The notes under the pieces: generated by a model
The model's input: the letters and a program-made list of their open reading frames with translations, nothing else
Database searches by the model: none
Told to the model about the DNA's origin: nothing
Source: an uncultured Planctomycetota bacterium
GTDB lineage: Bacteria > Planctomycetota > Planctomycetia > Gemmatales > Gemmataceae
Direction of reading: 5' to 3'
DNA length: 64,000 nucleotides
Assembly: GCA_963849325.1 (NCBI GenBank)
Contig: CAWKHF010000010.1
Span: forward strand, 416,001-480,000
Position numbers and translations under genes: made by a program
In this document: one piece after another, positions 40,661-52,722 of the stretch
Layout of the letters: each line of letters begins with the position of its first letter
Numbering within the stretch: the stretch's first letter is position 1

Positions 40661-43103
40661 TCAGAAGAGAACGCCCGTCTCGAACCAGCCGTCGCTGCAG
40701 CGTTGCACGCGGACACAATGGCCGGACAGAGCCAACGCTTCGCTGCGTGAGGGTGTCAACAATTCCAGATGGACCTGTGAGCCGGCCGGGGCACGCGGCA
40801 GATACAGGCCCATGCCGCCCAGGGACAAGTCCTTGCCCCGACCCTCGATGGTCTCGCCGAGCTTGTCGTCGGCCAGCAGGAAGGCGGCGCGCACCGGATG
40901 CGGCCAGGCCACCCGCTCCTGGGTGCGCCGTTCCGGATAGGCTTCCAGCTGCGAGCGCAGGCTGTCCAGCAGCAGAGGGCCGACTTCCTTGACTAGAGGA
41001 TCGTCGGCCTTGTTCTTCTTGTCGGGGCAGCGGACGCGCACGGATACTTCGGGCAGGGTGTTGCTCGCCGGCCGTGGCCGACTCCAGCGAATGTCCACGA
41101 GCAGCCCTTGCGCCCCGCCCAGCCAGCGCTGCCAGAATCGGCCCGGCAGCGCCACCTGGAAGACCACGGAATGGTCTCCTTCGCGGACGACCTGGGCGTT
41201 CCACTGACGGCGAAAGGTCTCGAAGCTGGCGCGGGGGTTATTCGGGACCAACCGCGCCGGGAAACGGCCGTGCAGAATGCCGGTGCCTGCGGATGCGGAC
41301 GCCCAGTTGTCCGTCTCAGTGGTCGGCAACGCGCCCTTAGCCTCGACGATCAGTTCGGCGACGACGGCGCCGGCGCCCGCGCGTGTCACTTGCCATCGCG
41401 GCATCGCCGCTCGGCGATCGTCCGCCCTCCAGGGCGTCCATCAGTTCCGTGCAGGTGGCGAAGCGCTGGCCGGGATCGATGTCCAGTGCTCGGGCCAGAA
41501 CGGCGCGATCCTCGGACGACAGCGGTTCCAGGTTGGGCAGTCCCGAACGCCGACCACGCCACGGTGTCGTGCCCGTGAGCATCTCCTGGAAGATGACGGC
41601 CAGGCTGTAGGAATCGCAGGCGGGACCGACTTGACGCTCGAACAGTTCCGGCGCGGCGTAGCGGGCTTGCAGCTGTCCTTGCAGCTGTCCGGCCGGGTGC
41701 CATACCAGGGGCAGTAAACCGAAATCCGCGATGCGCAGCCGGTCGTCGTCGAACAGCAAGCTGCGCGGATGCAGACCCAGGTGTTGCATTCCGTGACGGC
41801 GCGACAGCTCGTCCAGCGACTCGGCGGCCCCGCGCAGCCAGTCGAGCAACGGACGGCGCGGGATGCCACGCTCGCCGCGGCCGCGATGTTCCTGGAAGCG
41901 ATCGCGCAGGCTGACCTCACAAAGCTCACTGTCCACGATGAGGCAGCCGCGACCGCCAGCGAGGATACGCCACTCCGGCAGGGCCGAGTGATGTAACGAC
42001 TGCAAACGCTCGATCGCCTCGCGCTCGCCGCCGGCATCGGTTCGGCTGACGCCGAACAATACCTTGACGAGTCGGCGTTTGCCGTCCGGTGTGCGCGCCT
42101 CCCACGTTTCACCGAAGGGAGTCCGCCCCAAGCAGCCGACAAATTGATAACCGGGCAGAAAGCGAGCCTGGGCCGGTTCACGCTCCGAGACCCGTCCCGC
42201 CGCGCTCGGCGCGACGGCCGATGCCACGGTTTCGCCCTCCGCGGCGGAGCGCGAATCGCCGGAGACCGTGTCATTCGCTTCCAGCGCCTCGACGAAGGCC
42301 ATGCACGTCGGGAAACGCTGGCGAGCGTCCTTGGACAGGGCACGGCCGACAGCGGCGCGGTCGCCTTCCGGCAAAGCCGACAGGTCCGGCTCGGCGGTGC
42401 TGTGCTGCATGAGCAACTGACGTAGGTTCTTGCCGTTGAAGGGACGGTTGCCGGTGAGCAACTCTTGATAGACGATTGCCAAACTGTATTGATCGCAGGA
42501 CGGGCTGATGGTGTTGTCGAACATCTCCGGGGCGGCGTACAGGGCCGTCAGGCCGCCCGAAAGCAGGGAGCCGTTCTCGGCGCCGCTCCGGTCAGACAGG
42601 CTGCGGACCAGGCCGAAATCCGCCACCTTGACGTGATTGCTGACCAGGAACAGATTGCCGGGCTTGATGTCCAGGTGTTGCAAGCCGTGGCGCAGGTTCA
42701 TCAGGTCCAGCACGTCCGCCGCCTCGCGCAGATAGTCCAGCAGTTCCTCGCGCGGGATGCCCGTCGCCCCGGCCGCCTGGTATTCGTTGAACACGTCCAT
42801 CAAGCTCTTGTCCGCCAACTCCATGACGATCACCAACTCGTCGTCGATCCGCTCGACGCGCTCCATGGACAGCAGGAAGGGATGGCGGAGCGACTTGATG
42901 TGCTGGATGGCCTTGAGTTCCTCGACGGCCGGCACGGATTCGCCGTGCAGGGCGTTCTGTTCGCCGGCCACGAACTTGATGGCCTTGAACAGACCGCCCG
43001 GCGCCTCGCACTTCCACACCTCGCCGAAGCCGCCGCGACCCAAAGGCTCGATCAGACGATAACCTGGAATCGGCTCCGGGTTGCGTTTGCGGGTCTTCAG
43101 CAT
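40661..43103 (-). CDS. Ser/Thr protein kinase + pseudokinase + C-terminal PilZ domain; frameshift near 41380
   Basis: Domain 1: GRGGFGEVW, AIK, HLDIKPGN, DFG, APE. Domain 2: HLGLHPRS, DFG, APE. PilZ motifs RTQER and DLSLGG. Confidence 0.85.
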
Positions 43104-43271
43104 TCCGATGGTCCTGACAGGGTGATACGGCGATCAAGCGGCCAACGCGGTACGCGCGGCCCTCCAGGCAATCCTAGGTTGCGAGGAGGGCCGATGCAAA
43201 TGACGGCGACACTTCTCTACTCAAAAGACATGAATTGGATTTTATCTACGGCCGGAACAAGCGAGTCCCTA

Positions 43272-43346
43272 TCCGAGCCTGAAGCGTGAGCGAAGAGAAC
43301 GGCAACCGAAGGTTGCCGTTCTCTTCGCTCACGCTTCAGGCTCCGA
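43272..43346. repeat. REP-like palindrome, family A, copy 5 (extended internal stem)
   Basis: GAGCCTGAAGCGTGAGCGAAGAGAACGGCAACC-GAA-GGTTGCCGTTCTCTTCGCTCACGCTTCAGGCTC. Confidence 0.9.
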
Positions 43347-45448
43347 AAGACGGTTCCTGGTCGCCGTCGCGTCCCATGAGCACGGCGCCGCGGAGCTGGA
43401 CGTGGAGGGCGGCCAATCGTTGCCGGGCGGCCTCGATGATCGGCACACGGCTGGCGCCGCTGCGGACGGACAGAAGTACCGCGTCGGCGTGCGTGCTCAG
43501 GAGGAGGGCGTCGGCGACGGGCAGCACCGGACAGGCATCGAGGATGACAAACTCAAACTGTTCCTTGAGACGATCGAAGAGTTGGCCGGCACCGTCCTGG
43601 GCGAGGGCCTGGATGGCGTGGGTGTCCCCGTGCCCGGCCGGGACGATCCACAGGCGGCTCAGGCCGGTCGGCTGGATGACGTCGGACGCCTCGGCCTCGC
43701 CGCGCAGCATCTCGCTCAGGCCCGGTTCCAGCGGCGTCTCAAACAGCGCGTGCGCCTCCGGCTTGCGCAGGTCGGCGTCGATGAGCAGCGTCTTGCGCCA
43801 GCCGCGCGCCAGGCTGGCGGCCAGGCGGACGGCCAGCGACGTCTTGCCCTCTCCCGCCACCGCGCTGGTAATCAAGAGCACGCGCGGGCCGCTAGCACCG
43901 TCACGCAGCAGCACTGTCCGCAGGGCGTCCATTGCTTCATGGACACGACCCTGTCCGTCCAGGTCGGCCCGCGTCATCTTCTGACGTCCCCGTACTTCCG
44001 GAATACACCCGATAACCGGCAAACCCAGCCCATGCACGAGGTCGCTGGCCGACGTGACGCGCCGCCGGCGGAACTCACGCCAACAGACGATCAGGACGAT
44101 CAGGGCACCGCTGCTCGAACCGGCGATCCCCGCTAACCGCGCCCGATGCTCCAGGTTGTCCTGCCGCAGCGTGATCGTCCCATCCCATCCGCCCGCTGCC
44201 GAGGCGTTGGCAGCGGTGTTCTCGGCGCGGCGGACCTCGTCGTCGAGCTTTCGCAGGCGTTCATCCCCGGCCGCTATTTCCCCTTGCAACGTCTTTAACT
44301 CTTCCGCGGCGGAAGTGCCGCCCAGTTTCTCGACTTCCTGTTCCAGTGATTTCACGAGGCGTTCGCAAAAGGCCACGCGCTCGCGCTGACGATCCAGCCG
44401 CGCTTGATACTCCTCCATCGCTCGGGCGCGGGTCTGCTGCTCGACGACGGGCCGAATCTCCTCGGCACGCCGTTTCATCCTCATGCTCGCCTCGTCGCGC
44501 CGCCGCTCGAAGGCCGGCAGACTCGGATCGCGTTCCTGCAGGGCTGAAACGCGAAGCACCTGCCGAATCTGCTCCTCCGCCGCCTCCAACTCCGCCAAGC
44601 ACCTCTGGCCGACGGGATCTCTGCTTCAGATACGACAGCACGGCCTCTTCGGGGACCGTCACTTGATTGACGCCCCCTTGCCGCCGCTCCTGGGCGGCGA
44701 GTTCGTTCCGTGCCAGCCGCAGGTCGGAACGTGCTTGCCGGCACTCCTTCTGGGCGTCCGCCAACCGGGTGTTCTCCAACTGGGCCAACCGTTGACGCTG
44801 GTGGCGCAGGCTGTCTTGCACCGGGGTCCGCGCCGCTTGCAACAGGTTCAAGTCGGCCTGGCGCTGGCGGGCGGTCTCGGCCAGATAGGTTTCCGCGACT
44901 GCCTGCGCGAGCACGGCCGTTTCGCCGGCACGGGGGCCGCTGACGCGAACTTGCAGGATGTCCGGGATCGAAGTGGCTTCGACGCGGAGATGGTTGCCGA
45001 GCCAGGCCAACGGGTCGTTTTCCCGGCGAATCGCCGGCAAGGTCGCCACGTCCGGCCGGCGCAGTACCGCCTCCAGCACGACCGAGGACGGAACCAGGGC
45101 CGTCTGCGTCCGCTGAAAGCGGGCGATCTCGTCTTCGCCGCCCTCCTGTCCCGAAGTCGCGGACCACGCGACCGGGATGCGCACACGGACTTCGGCGCTG
45201 TACTGCTCGGGCAGGAAACGCCACAACAGCGCGGCCGCCAATCCGCCGGCCAGCAAACCCAGGCTCGAAGCGAGCAGCCCGCACTGTCGAAATGCTTTGA
45301 AGAATCGGCTCGGGAGAGATGGCGGCGCGACGGACACAGGTTCGGATTTCAACTCGGAGGAGGCAGCGTCGCCCGAGGGCGAGAGGGGAGAGGCGGGTGG
45401 GTCGGAAAGGGCCGTTCGGGTGGCTGATCTGGGACCCTTACGTGCCAT
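43336..45448 (-). CDS. Wzc-like polysaccharide co-polymerase / BY-kinase; frameshift near 44620
   Basis: Two TM segments flanking a coiled-coil periplasmic region; Walker A AGEGKTS, A' LLIDADLR, B VILDACP. Confidence 0.85.
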
Positions 45449-45605
45449 GGCAAGCTCTCCGATGACAGGTTCCCCCTCCGGGATCGAGCCGGCCGGACAG
45501 ACGGGAATCTGAAGATTTATACGCCATAAATCACCTCCTGCCAAATGAAGGCGCCCCGAAGGAAGCACCCGGAAGCACCGACTCCCCGGCACATCCGGCT
45601 TTGTC

Positions 45606-47162
45606 TTACATTTCCCGCTCTCCCGACTCGTTCGAGATCGGCTCGAACAGAAGCACGTCCAGTCCCGTGAACTGCCGGCGGCTTGTCAGTCGCATGCCGA
45701 ACCCTCCCAGGAACTCGGGGATAGCTTGCCCGTATGGCCCTTGCCAAATTGTTTCCGGAGGCGTAATGACCCACAAACGCGCCCCCCGGACGCTGGTAAC
45801 GAGTTGGTTCGCGGGTGTGTAGGAACCCAGACAGGTCCGCCGCCCTCGGTAGTACACTTCAAACACTTCGGGGTGCGACACCCAGCACAGATCCTGCTCG
45901 TGTCGGTTCTGATCGACGTACACGAAGGCGTTGCGGAAATCGCTCTTCGTCCCGACGAGGACGAGATACTTGCATGCCCGGATGGACCCTGGCACCAGAA
46001 GAACGAGGGCGAGGAGCACGGCGACCGAGGCGCGGCGGGAACCGGCTCGGTTCGCCACCGCCTCGACACCGAGGAGAGCGAGCAGCCACACACAGGGGAC
46101 GGCGAAAAACACGGTACGATCGGCCATTGGATAGCGGCCGACGAGGGCCATCAGCCAACCCAGTCCGATCGGGCCGCTGAGTAACACGGCCAACGGCGGC
46201 GATCTTCGCCAACAGCAGGCCGCGCCGAGAAGTCCCAGGATCAGCAGGGGGATGCCGAGCGAGGTCGTGCCATAGTCGCCGATGCCGATCAGACAGCGAA
46301 TCGACCAATCCAGGATCGCACGCGGAGAATGTCCGTTAGGGAACCCCCCGCACTCGACCCAGAAGTCGTGCAGGCCCAGTGAATACAGATGGCGAGCGTG
46401 AAACCACCAGAGACTGAACCCCGACAGCAGCAGCAAGCCGTTGAGGAGTATCCAGTACAGCCAAGCGACGCGGTCCCCACGTCGGCCGACATCGAGGAGA
46501 AGAGCCAGACTCACGGCACCCAGGACGAGCGCGCTGGGGAAAGAGATCCAGGGAGCGAGGCCGGCCAGCAGCAGTAGTCCGATCCGACACCAGCCACGGG
46601 ACGAATCCGGCGACGAGGGGCGAAGAAGGATTATCCCCACGAGGAGGATCGCTTCGGTCAGGAGGAAATCGCTACTGTACGGATGCACCTCGTTGGCGTG
46701 TACCATGGCGTGATGGGAGAACGTACCTAGCCCCACGGCGAGCAATGCGCCCGGCGATCCGAGGATGCGCCGAGCCAGGAAGAACATCAGTCCGAGGGCG
46801 GCGAGGGATGCCGCCGTGGCGGGCAGCCGCATCACCCATTCCGCCCCGCCCAGCGCTGCGTACAATCCGCGCAGCAGGCACAGCAACAAGGGAGCCATCA
46901 CCTGCTGTGCCCGCAGAGGGCCGAACAATTCTCGACAAGGTTTGTCGTAAATGTTCACCAGGAGATACGCTTCGTCGTACCAGTACGAGGGGCAGGCGAA
47001 GAATTGCCGCAAACGGATCGCCGTGCCGAAAAGCAGAAGGAGGACCAAGAGAAGCGGCGACCAGCGGCGCCAGGCCGCGAAGGATGACGGGGGGACATCA
47101 AGGACCGCGGACTCCGCTGCCTCCTTTGCGGTTGTCGGAACCGCCGCGAATCGCCATGCCAT
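45606..47162 (-). CDS. GT-C fold membrane glycosyltransferase (PMT/ArnT-like)
   Basis: YWYDEA motif after the first TM, EWVMRLP, NEVHPYS, and many TM helices. Confidence 0.75.
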   Translation of the reverse strand: MAWRFAAVPTTAKEAAESAVLDVPPSSFAAWRRWSPLLLVLLLLFGTAIRLRQFFACPSYWYDEAYLLVNIYDKPCRELFGPLRAQQVMAPLLLCLLRGLYAALGGAEWVMRLPATAASLAALGLMFFLARRILGSPGALLAVGLGTFSHHAMVHANEVHPYSSDFLLTEAILLVGIILLRPSSPDSSRGWCRIGLLLLAGLAPWISFPSALVLGAVSLALLLDVGRRGDRVAWLYWILLNGLLLLSGFSLWWFHARHLYSLGLHDFWVECGGFPNGHSPRAILDWSIRCLIGIGDYGTTSLGIPLLILGLLGAACCWRRSPPLAVLLSGPIGLGWLMALVGRYPMADRTVFFAVPCVWLLALLGVEAVANRAGSRRASVAVLLALVLLVPGSIRACKYLVLVGTKSDFRNAFVYVDQNRHEQDLCWVSHPEVFEVYYRGRRTCLGSYTPANQLVTSVRGARLWVITPPETIWQGPYGQAIPEFLGGFGMRLTSRRQFTGLDVLLFEPISNESGEREM

Positions 47163-47825
47163 GAGAGAGTATCCTTTCCGGCGGCCGCGGCTCACCAGAA
47201 GGGGCTTGGGATCGCCGTGTTGTTGGCATCGGCTAGGCGTGAGGTTGACTTGAATCCGAGTCCCTTTGGCGGAAGAATGGACGACGTTCCTTATCGATGG
47301 GGGAATTTTCCACAGGACGCGAACCTTTGGTCCGGTGCGCGTGTCTTCTTCAAGTGAAACCCAACCACCCCTCGTTTCGCGCCCTTGACGGAGGAGGAAT
47401 CCGAACGCGACCTTGCGAGATCAACGCATCTTCGCATCCGTATCGAGAGTGGCGCGAGGGATTGGGCCCGATGACCGCCACGGCAAGACTGGTCCAGCCG
47501 CCAAGTTGCCAAGGCCTACCCCCCAAATGGGGGAACGATACGGCTCCACGGGAGCAACCAAGGGCGGATCGGCAAATCCTCGCTTGGAGGGTTTTCTTCT
47601 TCGCCAGGCTGCCGTCTCTCTCGGCCTCGGGTCGGCGGAGGTGGACCAAGCCTCTATCCGCGAAAACTCCCTTTTGTTCCTCGTGATGCCTTGAAGCGGC
47701 GTTGCGATTCGTCCCCGCGCGACGCCTCCCATTGCAACGACCTCGCTTCTGTCCACGGAAGCCTTGGCTGACGATCTCTTTGCACCTCGCAACGCACGGG
47801 AGTCCCAGAGAAGGAGGACGGCAAC

Positions 47826-48425
47826 ATGGTGGCCCAAGTAGGATCCATTGCGGAAATGGCGGACATGCCCGAAGAGCGCGAGAGTACGATTGACCGGGCC
47901 CGGGCCGGAGACCGAACGGCCTACGGGGAGTTGGTGAGGTGGTTCCGTCCGGCCATTTACAGCGTGCTGCTGGCCTGGCTGCGCGACCCGGCCGAGGCCG
48001 ACGACGTGGCCCAGGAGGTGTTTCTGCACAGCATGCGCAAGATCGGCCAGCTGCGCGATACACGCTGCTTCGCCTCCTGGCTGCGGCAGATCGCCGTGCG
48101 ACTGGCGCTCAACCGCCTCAGTCGCCGCCGTTCCGTGAGCAACTTGACCCACCTCCGCCAGTCGTCGCTGCCCGACGGCGGCGCCGACCCCCTCGACGAG
48201 ATGGTACGGGCCGAGGAGCAGGGACAGGTCCGCGAAGGGCTGAGCCATCTGAAGCCGCTGGACCGCGCCATGCTGGAGGCGTTCTATCTCCGCAGCCGCT
48301 CCTTGCGAGAGATCAGCGAGGAATTCGACGCCCCGCTCGGCACGATCAAGCGCCGCTTGCACATCGCCCGACAGCGTCTGCGCCGGCTTCTCGAGGGGGG
48401 GCAGGACTCTTCTGCCGTCGAATAA
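47826..48425 (+). CDS. ECF RNA polymerase sigma factor
   Basis: AAGGAGG RBS; region 2 EADDVAQEVF...FASWLRQIA and region 4 SLREISEEFDAPLGTIKRRLHIAR. Confidence 0.92.
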   Translation: MVAQVGSIAEMADMPEERESTIDRARAGDRTAYGELVRWFRPAIYSVLLAWLRDPAEADDVAQEVFLHSMRKIGQLRDTRCFASWLRQIAVRLALNRLSRRRSVSNLTHLRQSSLPDGGADPLDEMVRAEEQGQVREGLSHLKPLDRAMLEAFYLRSRSLREISEEFDAPLGTIKRRLHIARQRLRRLLEGGQDSSAVE

Positions 48426-48604
48426 ACGGCCTTCTACATCCCGCGCGGCACCGGTGCCACGCGGGTCTGCTTTTTGTCCACGCTACACGGTTGCTCTTGG
48501 GCCGACGCTGTGGTCCAATGGGGCACCGAGACCGCGCCGGCGACAGGGAGTCTCCGCACTGACGGTCTCGCCAGGCCGCACGAGGTGCGAGGGAGCAGCC
48601 GACG

Positions 48605-49892
48605 ATGGGATGCGACATGCTGGTGGCCTTGTCCCAGGCGACCCAGGACGGCGGGACGCTCTTCGGTCACAACTGCAACCGGCCCGAGGGGGAAGAGGTG
48701 TCTCTGCTCCGCGTGGCGGGGCGGGCCTTCGCACCAGGCGAAAGCATCCAGGCCGGCGACGTCGTCTTGCCGCAGGTGCGGCGAACGTGGACGGTGCTCG
48801 CCAGCCGTGGCCCCGGTCAGTGGGGCTACGCGCACGGCCTCAACGAACACGGCGTCTCCATCGGCCTGACCACCATCCGTACCCGGCGGCGCGAAGCGGC
48901 CCCTGCCCTGAGAGGGCCGGACCTGGTTCGTCTGGGCCTGGAGCGGGCGACCGGGGCCCGCCAAGCCGTCGATGGGATCACGGACCTGGTCGGCCGTCAC
49001 GGCCAGGGTGTGACCGACGCCGGGCTTGATTCCGCTTTCCTCATCGCCGACAACCGCGAGGCGTTCGTCGTCGAGACGTTCGGGTCGCACTGGGCGGTAC
49101 AGCACGTCGGCGCGGTTCGCGCCGTCAGCGACGTTTGCCATCTGCGCCGGGACTGGGACCAGTTGTCGTCCGGCCTGTCCGAACTGGCGATCGCGCGGGG
49201 GTGGTGGCCGGCCGACGGCAGCAAGCTCGACTTCGCCGGGGCCGTCGCCGCCGAAGGCGGTGACAACGCCGCGTCCTTGCGGCGCTGGGGGCGGGCCACA
49301 CTGATGCTGGAGCAGTCCAACGGACAGATCAACCTGGCCATGCTGCGGCGCGTGCTGAGCGATCACTTCGAGGATGGTAGCGACGAAGCCCATCTCGCCG
49401 GGTCGTCCCTTTCCATCGCACGCGGCGGGATGAGCCTGTGCCGGCACGCGATTGCAACGTCCACGTCGCGCACGGCGGCCAGCCTCCTCACGCAAACCGG
49501 CTCGGATGCCGTGCTGCCGATCGCCTGGTACAGTTTCGGTCCGCCATGCCTATCGGTGTACTTCCCGCTCCCGCTCGTGGGCGAACTGCCAGCCGAATGG
49601 CAGTCCACCGGGGACGGCTCAAGCAAACGTCTGGGCGATTGGCTGCGGCGCCGGCCGGGTGAACCCGAGCAGTTCGTCGCGCTGCGCCGCCCTGACGGAG
49701 TTACAGGAACGCTTCGATCAGGAGACGCGCGCGTTTGTCGCCGAGGCCGCCGAACTATGCCACCGCGGCGAGAGCGAGCGGCTGCCGCGTTTGGCGGAAC
49801 TATTCATGCGGCACAACCTGGAATCCTTTGAAACTCTGTACGAGGACTTTCCGCCAGCACGCACAAGTACGGCAGCTCCCGCGCGAACCTAA
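48605..49892 (+). CDS. C69 family (dipeptidase/secernin-like) Ntn-hydrolase; frameshift near 49690
   Basis: N-terminal Cys nucleophile MGCDMLVAL, FGHNCNR, GLNEHGVSIG, DLVRLGLERA and FLIAD. Confidence 0.8.
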
Positions 49893-49923
49893 AGCGCCTT
49901 CCATCCTTGAGGGAGCGTATCGC

Positions 49924-51349
49924 TCACTTCTTCGCTTTCTCCTTCTCCGCCACGCTGGCGACATAGGCGCGGACCTGCTTCATCCAATCCAGGGGATAGT
50001 GAGGGGAACCGACCACGAAGTTGCCGAGGAGCTTGAATTGCCGATCGGACTCGAGCAAGAGTCCGCATGTGTAGCAGAGGGCGGCGTAGCGGCTTCGATC
50101 GACGTAGTAGTCGGGGTAGTGCCGCAGATACTCGTCGTAGGCCGTTTGAAGATCGTGACGTACCTCCTCCGAGTGGTAGTATTTCGTGCGCTCCTCCTTG
50201 GAGAGGTGCTGCCCGGCCCGGAAGTGGGCATCGGGCAGTAGCAGCGTAATGCCGGCACGCCAGTTCCCCGTGTCACGGCAAGCGCGTCCGAAGGCCAGCA
50301 TGTCCTTGAGGCTGCCATGCCACTTTGGGTCCAGCCAGTCCAGCTTGGCCACGCACGCCAGCTTGAAGTCGCCGTCCGCCTTCATGGCTCGCTCGAACCA
50401 TTTTTCCATCTCGTCTCGATCACCGCCGATACCCTTCTCGACCATGAGCATCAGGGTCGCTGTGCGCGGGTCGTTCGGCTTCAGCGCCCAGGACCGCTCG
50501 ATGGCTTCGCGGGCCTCCTCCAATCGTTCGCGGAATTTCTTCCAGCCTTCCTCCGCTACGGTGTTGGCGAAACCGTTGCCCCGCGCCTCCCAGGCGTAGT
50601 TGATGAGAAATTGCGCGCGTACCTGCAAGCGGATCCCTTTCAGGGCCGAGATGCGAGCCAACACGGCATCGACGCGCTGGAACGCGGCCTCCGCCTCCAT
50701 GCCCAGGCGGCGGTGGCCGGCGAGCACGATCAAGGGTGTATCGAACCAGGTTTGCTCCACGTTGGTGTTGCGCTCGTCCTCCTTGACGCTTTGGGACAGG
50801 AGGGCCAGCGCCGCGTCGTACAGGCGGGCCGCTTCCTTGCGCCTCGGAGGTCAGATCCTGTTTGCGACAGATCACGTCGGCGGCCGCGCGGAGGGCGACT
50901 ATCCGCCGGAAGGGAGAGTAGGCGCTGCCCTCCAGGGCGGTGGCGGCGGCCGTGTAACGGCGTTCCAAATCGGCTGGGCTGGAAATATTCCCATCGTACG
51001 ACCCACGCGCCAAGAGATAGAGGATAAGCGGGTCGTCGCATCCGGCGTCAATGGCCCGCTTGGCCGGTTCGTAGAACTGATCGACCTTGACCCAAGGATC
51101 CACCTGACGGCTGAAGTGGCGGGCGGCTGCCTCCAGCGCTTGATGCGCCGCCTCGTCCCAGCGATGGTCTCTCTTGCCGACCTTGTCGTAGGCGCCGGCG
51201 AGGGTGCGCCGGTTCCACGCCAGCGTATCGGCGAGGCGTTTCTCCTGCCGCTGTGGATCTTGAGGGATAGGTTGGTCGTACTCGCCGGCCGAGGCCGAGG
51301 GAGCGGCGAAGCACAGGCCGGCCAGGGAGGTCAGAAGGAGGCGTCGCAT
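49924..51349 (-). CDS. secreted helical protein with a DUF4034-like region; frameshift near 50840
   Basis: Signal peptide MRRLLLTSLAG; YAWEARGNGFANTV...KFRERL and LDPKWHGS motifs. Confidence 0.65.
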
Positions 51350-51620
51350 GGGGTAACTCCTTGGGTGGAGGAACGGCGGCGAGTCGATCCAGTCGTCGGC
51401 GCCGGGAGGTCGCGCCGGCGGCGCGATGGTCCTGCGGCAAAGCCGATGAGCGTTAGAATACCGCAGGCGGGCGCTCGAAGGAAGGGGGCGGCTCGCGGAG
51501 CGATGGCAATGGCTCCGCGACCAACGCAAGCCTTTCGCAACCCGAGCGCGGGTGCGAGTCGCCGAACCGCTTGGAGAGCCGGAAAGCTCTTGCTCCCGAT
51601 GCTCTGGTGGCCCATCATGA

Positions 51621-52640
51621 GTGCTGAATCCTCCTATTCGTCAACGGATCCTCATTGTGTTCCCTCTTGCCTTCCCGCAACGCTGGTGGCCGGCGCGACG
51701 CCCTCCGGCGGAGACATCGGCACCTTACGAAGTCGCCTGCTCCTGTGGCCGCTCGCTGCGCGGCCAGCGGCAGCGCCATCACCAGATGGTGTCGTGTCCA
51801 GGCTGCGGGCAAAGTCATTTGGTTTTCCCCAGCAGTCCCTGGCCCGGCGTCGGCAAAGCCGTCGTCTCGACGTCCGGCCTCGCGGGACCGCCCCATGCAT
51901 CGCACGCGAACTTGTGGCGACTAGTGCTGGTCATCCTCGCCGGCGGTGCGGCAACGGCGGCACTGCTCGTCCTGCTCGTTAAGCCGTATCTGCGACGCGC
52001 AACCGTCCCCGCTCCGCGAACGGACACGGCGGACATCCACGCCCGCATGGAGTCCGGTCGGCGCCACCTCCGAGGCGGAGAAGTCCGTCTCGCCCGCAAC
52101 GAACTGGATGCGGCCCTCCAGCAACACCAACGGAATCCCGATTCCCTTAGCCGCGAGGAGTCCCGTCGCCTCCATCAGCTCCTCCGCGAAAGCGACCTGC
52201 TGGCCCGCCTTCTCGACGATCCTCTGGAGCAGGTCCTTCGCCAGGCTCTGTCCCACCGCAACGACGAAGAATGGCGCGAGAAGTTCGCGGACTATCGCGG
52301 CCGTGCGGTCGTGTTCGATGATGTGCTCCGCCGCGACCCGATGGGCCGGCCGACACTGGGCTTTTACGTCGTGCGTATGGCGGATGTCGAAGCGCGGGTC
52401 GCCCTCGAAGACCTGCCGTTGCTGCGGCAGTTGCCGCTCGATCCGCCGCAACGTTGGTTGTTCGGCGCTCGGCTGGCGGACTGCCGCCGCGAAGAGGGTG
52501 GCACGTGGGCCTTCCATTTCGAGCCGGACAGTGCCGTATTGCTGACGGACGAGGATGCCGCGGCGGCCTGCTGTCCCGGTCCACTGGACGCGGAGCTGCG
52601 CGCCGCCTTACGGCGCCAGGACGACTGGTTGCAACGATGA
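51621..52640 (+). CDS. hypothetical zinc-ribbon membrane protein (start uncertain)
   Basis: CSCG...CPGCG, TM segment LVLVILAGGAATAALLVLLV, and a soluble C-terminal domain. Confidence 0.65.
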   Translation: MLNPPIRQRILIVFPLAFPQRWWPARRPPAETSAPYEVACSCGRSLRGQRQRHHQMVSCPGCGQSHLVFPSSPWPGVGKAVVSTSGLAGPPHASHANLWRLVLVILAGGAATAALLVLLVKPYLRRATVPAPRTDTADIHARMESGRRHLRGGEVRLARNELDAALQQHQRNPDSLSREESRRLHQLLRESDLLARLLDDPLEQVLRQALSHRNDEEWREKFADYRGRAVVFDDVLRRDPMGRPTLGFYVVRMADVEARVALEDLPLLRQLPLDPPQRWLFGARLADCRREEGGTWAFHFEPDSAVLLTDEDAAAACCPGPLDAELRAALRRQDDWLQR

Positions 52641-52722
52641 AAAAACCCGCTGCTAGCTCTCCCAGTGGTGCCGGCACTGGCAGGGCCGCATGGCGGGTCC
52701 AAGGGAGCTTTTGGGAAAACGA

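Noticed and set aside
5596-43346. Repeated palindromes as a CRISPR array
   Set aside because: Copies are dispersed kilobases apart, are not separated by regular unique spacers, and no cas genes are present.
47200-47825. ORFs or ncRNA in the ~600-bp gap before the ECF sigma gene
   Set aside because: I found no convincing RBS, motif or RNA structure; it is probably a divergent promoter region. An Rfam scan would be needed to exclude an RNA.
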